Made by a program: the position numbers and the translations under genes. The notes beneath the pieces are model-generated. The model saw only the letters and a list, made by a program, of their open reading frames with translations, was not told where the DNA came from and made no database searches. Below, in pieces: positions 19,116 through 27,395 of a DNA stretch of 64,000 nt. The stretch is from a virus, in IMG/VR virus record IMGVR_UViG_3300030107_002332, one strand, 5' to 3'. Position 1 is the first letter of the stretch. Every line of letters starts with the position of its first letter.

Positions 19116-19746
19116 CTCCTATATCCTCATATAATACTACACATATTTTTTGATTAAGGTTATTTGGATCGGGTTGTAACTCGTATCCAGTAACCTTTTC
19201 TTTTTCATTAGGTCCAACTGATCCCAACCTTGGTTCTAAAGGACCAGGACATTCTGGATCTTTATAATTATCACCTGCTGGTGGAGGTTCTGGTGTATCT
19301 GGTGCAGTAACATCACCAGTCTCTGTGTTAACACCCTCTGCCTCTTCTTCCTGGTCCATATAAACAGTCTGCCATGTCAACTCCCTGTAATCATAATTAG
19401 GAGGTTCATAGTATGGCATACCAGCATCACATAATACTACGTTCTGCTTTGGATCATCATTAACCAGCATCTTATTTTTACTTGCTGGATTCTTTGCATT
19501 CTCTTTGTGTACCTTAACACACCCAGGCATATTAACTATGGGAGTTCCTACCCTTTCAGTTACAGGTGGTGCTTGAGGTATTACTGTATTAGTATAATCG
19601 CTTGTTGACTCTATCTCAGGAATGTCTAACTGCCTGATATTAGCAAACTTGATTTGAGTAACTCGATTATTACTTATCCCTATATTCTCAATACCGAAAT
19701 ATCGGATCCCACTATCAATTTTGTTTATTTCCTTTATTGGTTCCAT
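18769..19746 (-). CDS. Membrane-anchored hypothetical protein with Cys pairs
   Basis: 325 aa; hydrophobic segment IVTTTAVIASVAASSALLA then basic tail. Confidence 0.7.
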   Translation of the reverse strand: MEPIKEINKIDSGIRYFGIENIGISNNRVTQIKFANIRQLDIPEIESTSDYTNTVIPQAPPVTERVGTPIVNMPGCVKVHKENAKNPASKNKMLVNDDPKQNVVLCDAGMPYYEPPNYDYRELTWQTVYMDQEEEAEGVNTETGDVTAPDTPEPPPAGDNYKDPECPGPLEPRLGSVGPNEKEKVTGYELQPDPNNLNQKICVVLYEDIGVIEQYLPSAQIVTTTAVIASVAASSALLAKPLADLLLKVVKPAVKKVIGKVNSVLGKTPYRPTQEELRTNEYRVKKGLLPIPFAKNHAKKEKARKKEEKKIENQKKESQKKNPQS

Positions 19747-19993
19747 TTAAAACCTCACGGTAATTACCATTGGGAACCATCCCTTTAACATGACCAGTTG
19801 AGGTAGGCCATGCATCTTTAAAAGCAGCACGAACCTCATCTCTAACTATCTGTTGCAACTCAGTTCTCTCTGCTTCTATTCTTTTTTGAGGACCACCAGT
19901 ATAATTGTCGATGGCAACATTACCACCAACAACAGTACCAGTTCCTATGACAGCAACTGCTGTTCCATAAGTTGCTATATCTTTTACGTCCAT
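19715..19993 (-). CDS. Hypothetical protein with N-terminal hydrophobic segment
   Basis: 92 aa. Confidence 0.65.
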   Translation of the reverse strand: MDVKDIATYGTAVAVIGTGTVVGGNVAIDNYTGGPQKRIEAERTELQQIVRDEVRAAFKDAWPTSTGHVKGMVPNGNYREVLNGTNKGNKQN

Positions 19994-20292
19994 TAGTTAG
20001 GAATCCCGAATCCACCAGAAGGTACAGGTAAAGGATCAGAACCTTCAGATTGTGGTGCTCCTATGTCAGGAAGTGCTGCTCCACCCACTCCTGGAAGACC
20101 TCCAGAACCTCCAAGAACTGAGTCCATAACTTTAGATTGAATGCCATCAATGATGGATGAGCGATTGACGTATACGTATAGACCACTAGCAACAACGGCC
20201 CCAGATACAGCGAAACTCGCAATAGCAAGTACATTTATAATTTTTTGCATAACTCTATAATTTGTAAGGTTTTTCGTCTTCGGTTGAGACAC
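19993..20292 (-). CDS. Single-TM hypothetical protein
   Basis: MQKIINVLAIASFAVSGAVVASGLYVY; Gly/Pro tail. Confidence 0.7.
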   Translation of the reverse strand: MSQPKTKNLTNYRVMQKIINVLAIASFAVSGAVVASGLYVYVNRSSIIDGIQSKVMDSVLGGSGGLPGVGGAALPDIGAPQSEGSDPLPVPSGGFGIPN

Positions 20293-20731
20293 CTACTATT
20301 TTGAGAGGTGCTTGTTCAATACGAATAGTTTGAGTCGGACCTGCTTTCGCTATGATCGCTTCAATATCTTTTGCAGTAACTGGAGGAGTACCATTAGGTC
20401 CACCACCATTACCATTCATCTTCATAGTACCGTCACCCTTCTTAGAAGCTGTCTGAATTCCGAAACTAGCTAAAACTCCTGTAAAAACCGAAGCTATAAA
20501 AGTTGGATCTATTTTTTGTTGCGGTACTCCTGGTATGGCAACATAATTAAGAGTCAATATTCCACCCGACCAGGCAAGAACGGTGATGCGAACAGCTGTA
20601 CTAATGATTGCTGCTTGTTCTTCAGCGTCTGGTATGATAGCAGACTTTACTTTACCAAAGAAACCTTTCTTTTTTTCCTCTAGTGGATGTTCTTCTTCAA
20701 GAACCTCTTCTTCTTTTACTTCTTCAGGCAT
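20255..20731 (-). CDS. Two-TM membrane protein
   Basis: Two hydrophobic helices flanking QQKIDPTF. Confidence 0.75.
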   Translation of the reverse strand: MPEEVKEEEVLEEEHPLEEKKKGFFGKVKSAIIPDAEEQAAIISTAVRITVLAWSGGILTLNYVAIPGVPQQKIDPTFIASVFTGVLASFGIQTASKKGDGTMKMNGNGGGPNGTPPVTAKDIEAIIAKAGPTQTIRIEQAPLKIVGVSTEDEKPYKL

Positions 20732-20752
20732 GAGATGATATTAGTATCTTTA

Positions 20753-21523
20753 TTATATAGGTTTACGATTCTTATATCTATAAAAGTTTGGATCCTTTAC
20801 TTGGTCGTTGTAGACGTAATCACTCATAGGGGTGAACATCTTCTCTTTAAAATCTTCTTTGATAGCAACGTTTTTCTTGCCACCCTCTCTCAAGAATACA
20901 TTACCTGATATAGAAATCCTATACTCATCACTTGTATAAAAAGGATTAACAGTATGATTCAATTTTGCAGGAAAGAATGCCATCTTCCACTCCCAACTCT
21001 TATCGATTGGAAGTGACTTTGTATCAATACCACCTAAAGGACTTACATATCTAAAGGCAAACAGTGCTGTCTCATTACCATTTGTCTTATATCTCTTCTG
21101 CTCTTCTTCCAAATCATATGGTATCTTTACCCAGATAACAAATGAATAAGCACCAGCATGGTTATGAATGGGATTAAAATCATGTTTCTTTTGGTAGTTA
21201 ACCCAAAGATTTAACAACTCATAGTTCAAACCATTTTCAGGATCAGCATATACTTCAGTCTGACCACTAGCCCTTTCAATATAAAACTGTCTGGCAAATT
21301 CGTATGCCATAGATTCTGTAAGGAACTTTATATGAGGAGTAATTGGTAGAGCATACTCCTTCTCAAGGTGTCCTTTTAATCTTGTTGTATAACTCTCTGC
21401 TGTATCTTCATTAAGATTTTGAATAGACTCTTCTAATTCCTCTCTCACTTGAGGAGGAACTTCAGCTAGTAAATACCCTGGTGACTCTAACCACTGGGTA
21501 TGATACTTGAAATCAAAACTCAT
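20753..21523 (-). CDS. 2OG-Fe(II) oxygenase (TIGR02466-like)
   Basis: NPIHNH, FFPAKLNHTV, RISISGN. Confidence 0.8.
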   Translation of the reverse strand: MSFDFKYHTQWLESPGYLLAEVPPQVREELEESIQNLNEDTAESYTTRLKGHLEKEYALPITPHIKFLTESMAYEFARQFYIERASGQTEVYADPENGLNYELLNLWVNYQKKHDFNPIHNHAGAYSFVIWVKIPYDLEEEQKRYKTNGNETALFAFRYVSPLGGIDTKSLPIDKSWEWKMAFFPAKLNHTVNPFYTSDEYRISISGNVFLREGGKKNVAIKEDFKEKMFTPMSDYVYNDQVKDPNFYRYKNRKPI

Positions 21524-21933
21524 TCGCTTTGTTTTTTCTTACCTATATTATACTTAGACTCTAATGTCCAGTCACCTTTCTCTTTATATGCAATAACCTT
21601 TATCTGACTGAGAGGTGCAGCATCTACTATTGTTGTTGCATCAACAATTTCCACAAGACCCCAGTCTGATAGTAATTTAATAATTCTATTTCGTCTTTGT
21701 ACATCATTCTCTGATAGGTTTGCTTTCTTCCCATCAAGAGCGAAGAGTTCTTTAAAATGTACTATGTAATACTGTCCTTTCTTATGAAGGATATGACAAG
21801 ACTGATATAGTTTCTTTTCTTTCCGAGAAGCTACACCAATTCTGGTAAGTGTTTCACGAACCTTAAGGAAGTCGTCTGGTTCTTTGAGGTTGACCTCAAC
21901 CATATCATCCTTAGTCCACATAATCTCATTCAT
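21520..21933 (-). CDS. regA: Translational repressor RegA
   Basis: DDFLKVRETLTRIGVAS...CHILHKKGQYYIVHFKELF. Confidence 0.95.
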   Translation of the reverse strand: MNEIMWTKDDMVEVNLKEPDDFLKVRETLTRIGVASRKEKKLYQSCHILHKKGQYYIVHFKELFALDGKKANLSENDVQRRNRIIKLLSDWGLVEIVDATTIVDAAPLSQIKVIAYKEKGDWTLESKYNIGKKKQSE

Positions 21934-22328
21934 TTCTTACCCCCTCTATTCAGTTTTTCTTTAATGTAATTGAGTTGGTCGGGAGATAAGATCCTTAATG
22001 CTTGTTTTGCCTTTTCATTACTATAGTCATAGTATTGTTTAACAACTTCAAGATCCTTCACCTTTTCCTTTTTACCCCAAGGAGAGAATCGCTTCTTGGG
22101 TCTCACAGTATTTAGAAAAAAAGAATATTGTAAACGCTTATCCAAATTAGGATATCTATTCATCTCATTAGCAAATGCTAGTGTGTCCAAATGGCTCGAC
22201 AGGCATTTGTTAATGACATAGGGAGGATAGTTTTTTTCCCAACCAGGATCTTCTTCCATAAGATCTCTCTTACTCAGATTAATACTGTTGAGATATTCTT
22301 TTAATGGATACCGATCATCATACGCCAT
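21930..22328 (-). CDS. g62: Clamp loader small subunit (gp62)
   Basis: YPPYVINKCLS, position before regA. Confidence 0.9.
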   Translation of the reverse strand: MAYDDRYPLKEYLNSINLSKRDLMEEDPGWEKNYPPYVINKCLSSHLDTLAFANEMNRYPNLDKRLQYSFFLNTVRPKKRFSPWGKKEKVKDLEVVKQYYDYSNEKAKQALRILSPDQLNYIKEKLNRGGKK

Positions 22329-23145
22329 AGTTCGTTAGTACTAGCTCTTTACGTTCTGCTTGTTTTTTCATGTAGTCACCTGTAGTACGCATACTATAAG
22401 TTAAATCAAACTCAGCAGCATTCCAATCCTTAAATCGATCTCGTACAACCTGACTACTGTTGTATGATATCATCATATGATTAGTATGTCCATCACATTC
22501 TTTGGCAAAGGTATCGTGATCAAAGTACTTGTGTAGTTCACCTCTCTTCCCATAGATAGGTATTCCAATCTCATAAGGAGGATCAAGATAAGTAAATACA
22601 TTCTTATCATCAGTCACCATCTCATCATAAGATAGATTAGTTATTTTCCAATCCTCTATTAACTCTGAATACGCTGGTAACTTTTCTATGCCTCGTAGAC
22701 TGAAGTTACTGTCTGAGGCTTGTTTGGAGAAGGAGCTCGATTCGGTGAGACCAGAGAAAGAACACTTATTAACAATATAAAAGCTAACAGCACGGGTAAT
22801 GAGACTGGCTGAGGCATCGTTAACCAGTTCTTTACTTTCCACAAAAAGGTCTTTTGCTTTATCTGGTGTTGGATATGCTTTTTTAAAAGTGGTGAGTCTT
22901 CTCGTAATTTCATCAGCATCATGTTGTAAGGTTTGCCAAAAGTTCGCTAAAGGTTCATACAGATCATTCACCCATATCTTTAGATGAGGATACTGTTTTG
23001 TCATGTATAAAGCAACAGATCCACCACCTAAGAATGGTTCTCTATATTCTTTATACTTACTCATATCAGGTAAGAATCGTGACATCTTTGTAATGGCACG
23101 TGACTTTCCACCTGGATAACGTAATGGAGTTTTTAATGATTTCAT
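22318..23145 (-). CDS. dam: DNA adenine methyltransferase (D12 class, Dam-like)
   Basis: PLRYPGGKS, EPFLGGGS, YLDPPY. Confidence 0.9.
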   Translation of the reverse strand: MKSLKTPLRYPGGKSRAITKMSRFLPDMSKYKEYREPFLGGGSVALYMTKQYPHLKIWVNDLYEPLANFWQTLQHDADEITRRLTTFKKAYPTPDKAKDLFVESKELVNDASASLITRAVSFYIVNKCSFSGLTESSSFSKQASDSNFSLRGIEKLPAYSELIEDWKITNLSYDEMVTDDKNVFTYLDPPYEIGIPIYGKRGELHKYFDHDTFAKECDGHTNHMMISYNSSQVVRDRFKDWNAAEFDLTYSMRTTGDYMKKQAERKELVLTNYGV

Positions 23146-23324
23146 TATTCCTCAGCAGTTTCAAACTCTTCAATCTGATCAACATATACTTCATTGCCAG
23201 CAATGCTATATTTGTGACCACGTTCATCTTCACCAAGATATTCAAGACTATTATCACCAGAGAATGTATGTTCTCTTAGGACTGCTTGAAGTCTATGATG
23301 TAACAATTCAACTTTAGAAATCAT
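23145..23324 (-). CDS. 59-aa hypothetical protein (MISKVELLHHRLQAV...), not in ORF track
   Basis: Hand-translated; coupled to both neighbours. Confidence 0.7.
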   Translation of the reverse strand: MISKVELLHHRLQAVLREHTFSGDNSLEYLGEDERGHKYSIAGNEVYVDQIEEFETAEE

Positions 23325-23491
23325 TTTTTCTCTTTAGAGCGATTGATTAAAGTAATAAATTTATCTGCTGCAAATGTACCAGCAAGACACACATCAATCT
23401 CATCACCATCTACCCAATTAACTGTACCATCTTTCTTAGTATGGTTCATTGCAACTTGGATCTTATTAATAACCTCTTGTGTTAATCTCAT
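23321..23491 (-). CDS. 56-aa hypothetical protein (MRLTQEVINKIQVAM...), not in ORF track
   Basis: Hand-translated; TAATG and ATGA coupling. Confidence 0.7.
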   Translation of the reverse strand: MRLTQEVINKIQVAMNHTKKDGTVNWVDGDEIDVCLAGTFAADKFITLINRSKEKK

Positions 23492-23685
23492 TAATAGAAC
23501 CTCGGTTGATTTTCTATTTCAACAACTATCGCATCCATGATACGATTAAAGGATTCTGACATCTGACGATATCCAGAACCAACATACATCTGTCCAGCAA
23601 ATACTGATACAGTAGCAGCACCCCAGAAGATATAATACCATCTGGATTTAACTTGGTGTCTTTGTTTCTTTGTTAATTTATTCAT
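23491..23685 (-). CDS. Small membrane-associated hypothetical protein
   Basis: 64 aa, WYYIFWGAATVSVFAG. Confidence 0.7.
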   Translation of the reverse strand: MNKLTKKQRHQVKSRWYYIFWGAATVSVFAGQMYVGSGYRQMSESFNRIMDAIVVEIENQPRFY

Positions 23686-24626
23686 TTGAATTCACACTCC
23701 AACATAATCTGAGTAAGGCATGCCAAGAGATTAATCTCCTGATCTACCACAAAAGCAGCCTTGTATTGATACTCAGCAATAATTAATACTGCTGCAGCAA
23801 CACTTGGTCCTTCCATTATACCACTAAGACTGTTATAAAGTCTACGCATAATGGCAGTAGTATCACTATCTAAATTTTGAGTGACCCACTTCTTAACTTC
23901 ATTGAAGTTCTTATTCTTTAAACAAGATACAAGATCGTCAACATTAACATCACCTAACGCTGCGAGGATTCCAGTATCGATAGAACCTGTTGAACTATAT
24001 CTTTGGAGTTCATTGATTGTTCTTCTGAAATCTGGGAAGTACTTTTGGACAACTGTGGCAACCACTTTGTCATTGAACCGTACCTCCTCTCTGGTAAGGA
24101 TATCTCTGCATCGCTCGAAGAACAATGCTGCAAGATTTTGTTTAGTTTTTCCACGGACATTGAAATCAATTACTGTTGTTCTACTATGTAATGGTTCTAT
24201 TATTTTGTTCTTAAAGTTACACGTGAATATGAACCTACAGTTCTTCTGAAACTCTTCAATCGATGCCCTGAGGAGTAGTTGTACATCGGGAGTCGTATTG
24301 TCTGCTTCATCAATAATGAGAATTTTATGACGAGATGTAGATGTAAGAGAAACAGTAGCAGCAAAGGTCTTTGCCTGATTGCGTACAGTGTCCAAGAATC
24401 TACCTTCATCAGATCCATTAATGACATAGAAATCAGCTCCCAATTCATTACACAATGCTTTAGCAATGGTTGTCTTCCCGACACCAGCAGTTCCAGAGAG
24501 CAAGAGATTTGGTATCTCACCTTGCTCTATGAAACCTTTAAAGGTTTCCTTTACAGACTCAGGAAGGATACAATCCTCTACTTTCTGTGGTCTGTATTTT
24601 TCAACCCATAGAAAGTCATTAGGCAT
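23682..24626 (-). CDS. g44: Clamp loader large subunit (gp44)
   Basis: LWVEKYRP, GTAGVGKT, IIDEAD. Confidence 0.95.
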   Translation of the reverse strand: MPNDFLWVEKYRPQKVEDCILPESVKETFKGFIEQGEIPNLLLSGTAGVGKTTIAKALCNELGADFYVINGSDEGRFLDTVRNQAKTFAATVSLTSTSRHKILIIDEADNTTPDVQLLLRASIEEFQKNCRFIFTCNFKNKIIEPLHSRTTVIDFNVRGKTKQNLAALFFERCRDILTREEVRFNDKVVATVVQKYFPDFRRTINELQRYSSTGSIDTGILAALGDVNVDDLVSCLKNKNFNEVKKWVTQNLDSDTTAIMRRLYNSLSGIMEGPSVAAAVLIIAEYQYKAAFVVDQEINLLACLTQIMLECEFK

Positions 24627-25278
24627 TTGGTTCCAGTGCTATAAAGTATTTAATACCATCACCTTGGAATAAGGCAACGTTTGCACTACTGATTGTAACA
24701 TCATAATCAGCAAGAAGCAACTTAAGATTCTCTACTTTAAAACAATAACAAAATTCCTCTGTAGTTTGACCAACCTGAACTGAGTAACTATTAGAAGTAT
24801 CATTCTTCTTATCAGTTACACATAGACTCATCTCAGTACCATCTCCATAAAGACATAAGTCTGGTAACTGGTATACTGAAGCAGCACGTTGAAGTTGCTG
24901 TAGAGTACTACTATTAAGAAAGAACTTAACATCCTCACTAGGAAGAGAAATTTCCTTCTCAGGTGGTTGTGTAATAATATCTGGATCTGCATAAAAGAAT
25001 CTTGTAGAAGATCTACCTGCCTGATCACTTACAGTTACATAATTGTTCTTGGAAGTATCAATAGTAGGTTGATCAAATAATGTCAATCCACCAAGGAATA
25101 CACCCAGATCATATATTGACAGTTGTGAATCAAACGATTCCTCAACATCTGCATAGACAAGAATGTTCTTGTTAATGCTAAGTGTACTTAATCTATTACC
25201 AGGATTAATAACGAGGGATTTATTGATAGAACAAAAGTTCTTCAATACTTCAATTGTAGGTTTAGATAATACGGTCAT
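24619..25278 (-). CDS. g45: Sliding clamp (gp45)
   Basis: LKNFCSINKSL, YFIALE C-terminus; synteny. Confidence 0.92.
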   Translation of the reverse strand: MTVLSKPTIEVLKNFCSINKSLVINPGNRLSTLSINKNILVYADVEESFDSQLSIYDLGVFLGGLTLFDQPTIDTSKNNYVTVSDQAGRSSTRFFYADPDIITQPPEKEISLPSEDVKFFLNSSTLQQLQRAASVYQLPDLCLYGDGTEMSLCVTDKKNDTSNSYSVQVGQTTEEFCYCFKVENLKLLLADYDVTISSANVALFQGDGIKYFIALEPNA

Positions 25279-25646
25279 TTGTCATAATCAACGGTGAATG
25301 CAGAACCAGTTCCTGCGTTTACACGATCAGCTTTTTCTCGCTTATCGTTAAAGTGTAAGAGTAGTATAGCATAGTGAATGATCTTTATGATATCCTTTCT
25401 TGCTGTACCCTTTCTATCATAGCGAGAAGCATACTTTAGAATGTTACTTCTACAGAATGCTTCAGCATCTCCCACAGAATCAATGAGATCAAGAGTCTGT
25501 ACATTTCCTACAGAATAATGACCTCGGTATGTGTTTGCGATATATTCGGAGATCTCTTTTAGATACTCCTCTTCATTATACTTTCTATTCATATATTGTG
25601 TTTCCTCTGGCATAATTCCATCCAGCGAATCCAAATCAGCATGCAT
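25275..25646 (-). CDS. DUF3310-like protein (T7 gp1.7 nucleotide-kinase-like)
   Basis: HYS...FCRSNILKYASRYDRKG...DIIKIIHY. Confidence 0.65.
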   Translation of the reverse strand: MHADLDSLDGIMPEETQYMNRKYNEEEYLKEISEYIANTYRGHYSVGNVQTLDLIDSVGDAEAFCRSNILKYASRYDRKGTARKDIIKIIHYAILLLHFNDKREKADRVNAGTGSAFTVDYDK

Positions 25647-25647
25647 T

Positions 25648-25917
25648 TTAATCCTCCAAATCAGGAAGTTTCTTTTCTACCCAATGATCTGTGTTATCAA
25701 TTCCTGCTGCTTTCACATATCTCATGATATGTTCATCAATCTGATGATAGACTGGATGTAAATCCAAGTCCATATTAATATCATGAGCTATTTGTGAGAT
25801 CTGATCTGCTGAGAAGCAGTGGTCAGGATGCAGGAGATCACAGCAAGGTATTCTCTTTTCGATCAACTCATTTAAGTTAATACGAATTTCGTAATCTCTG
25901 TAAACTGGCATAGGCAT
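25648..25917 (-). CDS. Hypothetical protein
   Basis: 89-aa ORF in operon. Confidence 0.7.
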   Translation of the reverse strand: MPMPVYRDYEIRINLNELIEKRIPCCDLLHPDHCFSADQISQIAHDINMDLDLHPVYHQIDEHIMRYVKAAGIDNTDHWVEKKLPDLED

Positions 25918-26207
25918 TAATTGCGTTCGTACTGATCTTCTTGTGACTTTTGATCACGAGTCTTACGTTCTTCATCACTTAAAGGCTTTGCCTTTAAACG
26001 ATTCTTGTAAGTTTGTGCTTTACCACAGCGTACACGTGCAATTTCCTTTTCTGCGACTTTAAAGTCTTTCTCAACTTGAGTTTGAGCAGAAGCCGCAAGC
26101 TCAAATACATTTGCTTGCTGAAGATAAATCAGGGTTTCGGCATATCCCTGAAGTCGCTCAAGGAGAGCGACATTGATTGTTACCTCTAGGGCGTTTCCTT
26201 TGGCCAT
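25917..26207 (-). CDS. Hypothetical protein
   Basis: 96-aa ORF, TAATG coupled. Confidence 0.6.
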   Translation of the reverse strand: MAKGNALEVTINVALLERLQGYAETLIYLQQANVFELAASAQTQVEKDFKVAEKEIARVRCGKAQTYKNRLKAKPLSDEERKTRDQKSQEDQYERN

Positions 26208-26211
26208 TATA

Positions 26212-27330
26212 TTAGAAGGATGGTTGGTTTGTTGTTTCGGATTCAGATTCTAAACCAGCATCAACCTTGGTATATAGATCCAAAAATGATTGCTTAGTAT
26301 CATCATCAAAGCGATTCACACAATTCGTAATAGCAGTCAAACGATCTCCAAAGATGCTGAATGCTTGTACTATGTGAACCAAACGACGAGTGGTGACTAC
26401 TTCGTCAACACCGCCATCAAAGAAGGTCTTACGGATTACTCCCGCCCACTTAACCAGGTTATCAGCAAATTCCTTATCTGCACCTAAATTTAACAATATC
26501 TTAGTTTCTATTGCTACAGATGGATAAGATTGCTCAAAGGTTATTGGGAATCTTTCAAGAAAGGCTTCGTTGAGCACGTTAGTTCCAACAAATCTTCCGT
26601 CGTCTGAACCTTTACCTTTAGTGTTTGCGGTGGCAATGACGGTAAACCCTGCTGCTGGTTTGACGAATCTTCCAATCTTTTTAAGGAAAACTCCTTTACC
26701 TTCAAGGATGGACTGGAGGCAGAGAATCTTGTTTGAGGCAAGGTCGATTTCGTCAAGGAGCAAGACAGCCCCTCTGTTGAGAGCTTCAATAACTGGTCCG
26801 TTGTGCCAGACGGTATCACCGTTAACAAGACGGAAGCCCCCGATAAGATCATCTTCATCTGTTTCTATCGTAATGTTTACACGAATCAACTCTCTATTTA
26901 ATTGAGCACATGCTTGCTCCACCCCCAAAGTCTTTCCATTACCAGATAGACCAGTAATAAAACAGGGATAGAATTGCTTGGACTGAATAATCTTCTTGAG
27001 CGAAGTAAAGTTACCAAACGGTACATAATTAGAATCCTTCTCTGGGATAAATTTTACATCTACTGCTGGTTCTGCAGCAGGAACAGCAAGATTCTTTTCA
27101 AGTGCTGCTATTTGTTGTTGACCCTTAGTCAACTTCCATCCATTACCTCTACCAAGATACTGGATTTCACCTTTTTTAGTAAGAGTCTTAAGTCTTGCTG
27201 CAACAGATGGTCCCTTAACTTTGAACTCATTTGCTGCTTTTACACAATCATTATATCCTACAACTTCTCCTACGTTCTCTTTGAACCATGTGACCAATTG
27301 GTCGTTTGTGAAGTTTGATTTGAAAGTCAT
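26212..27330 (-). CDS. CobS/MoxR-like AAA+ ATPase
   Basis: GLSGNGKT, LLLDEID, TANTKG, LERF; phage cobS-like family. Confidence 0.85.
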   Translation of the reverse strand: MTFKSNFTNDQLVTWFKENVGEVVGYNDCVKAANEFKVKGPSVAARLKTLTKKGEIQYLGRGNGWKLTKGQQQIAALEKNLAVPAAEPAVDVKFIPEKDSNYVPFGNFTSLKKIIQSKQFYPCFITGLSGNGKTLGVEQACAQLNRELIRVNITIETDEDDLIGGFRLVNGDTVWHNGPVIEALNRGAVLLLDEIDLASNKILCLQSILEGKGVFLKKIGRFVKPAAGFTVIATANTKGKGSDDGRFVGTNVLNEAFLERFPITFEQSYPSVAIETKILLNLGADKEFADNLVKWAGVIRKTFFDGGVDEVVTTRRLVHIVQAFSIFGDRLTAITNCVNRFDDDTKQSFLDLYTKVDAGLESESETTNQPSF

Positions 27331-27351
27331 TGTGTCCTTGTTTATACTTTA

Positions 27352-27395
27352 ATTATAGCATGGGGTGTCTAGTATGTCCACCCCTATGTGCCACT
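27352..27395 (-). promoter_or_regulatory. Early promoter for AAA ATPase
   Basis: TGGACA-17bp-TATAAT with TG extension; GTGGCAC upstream. Confidence 0.75.

Noticed and set aside
26212-27330. Calling the AAA ATPase a cobalamin biosynthesis gene (cobS)
   Set aside because: No cobN or other cobalamin genes in the window; family membership alone does not support the pathway.
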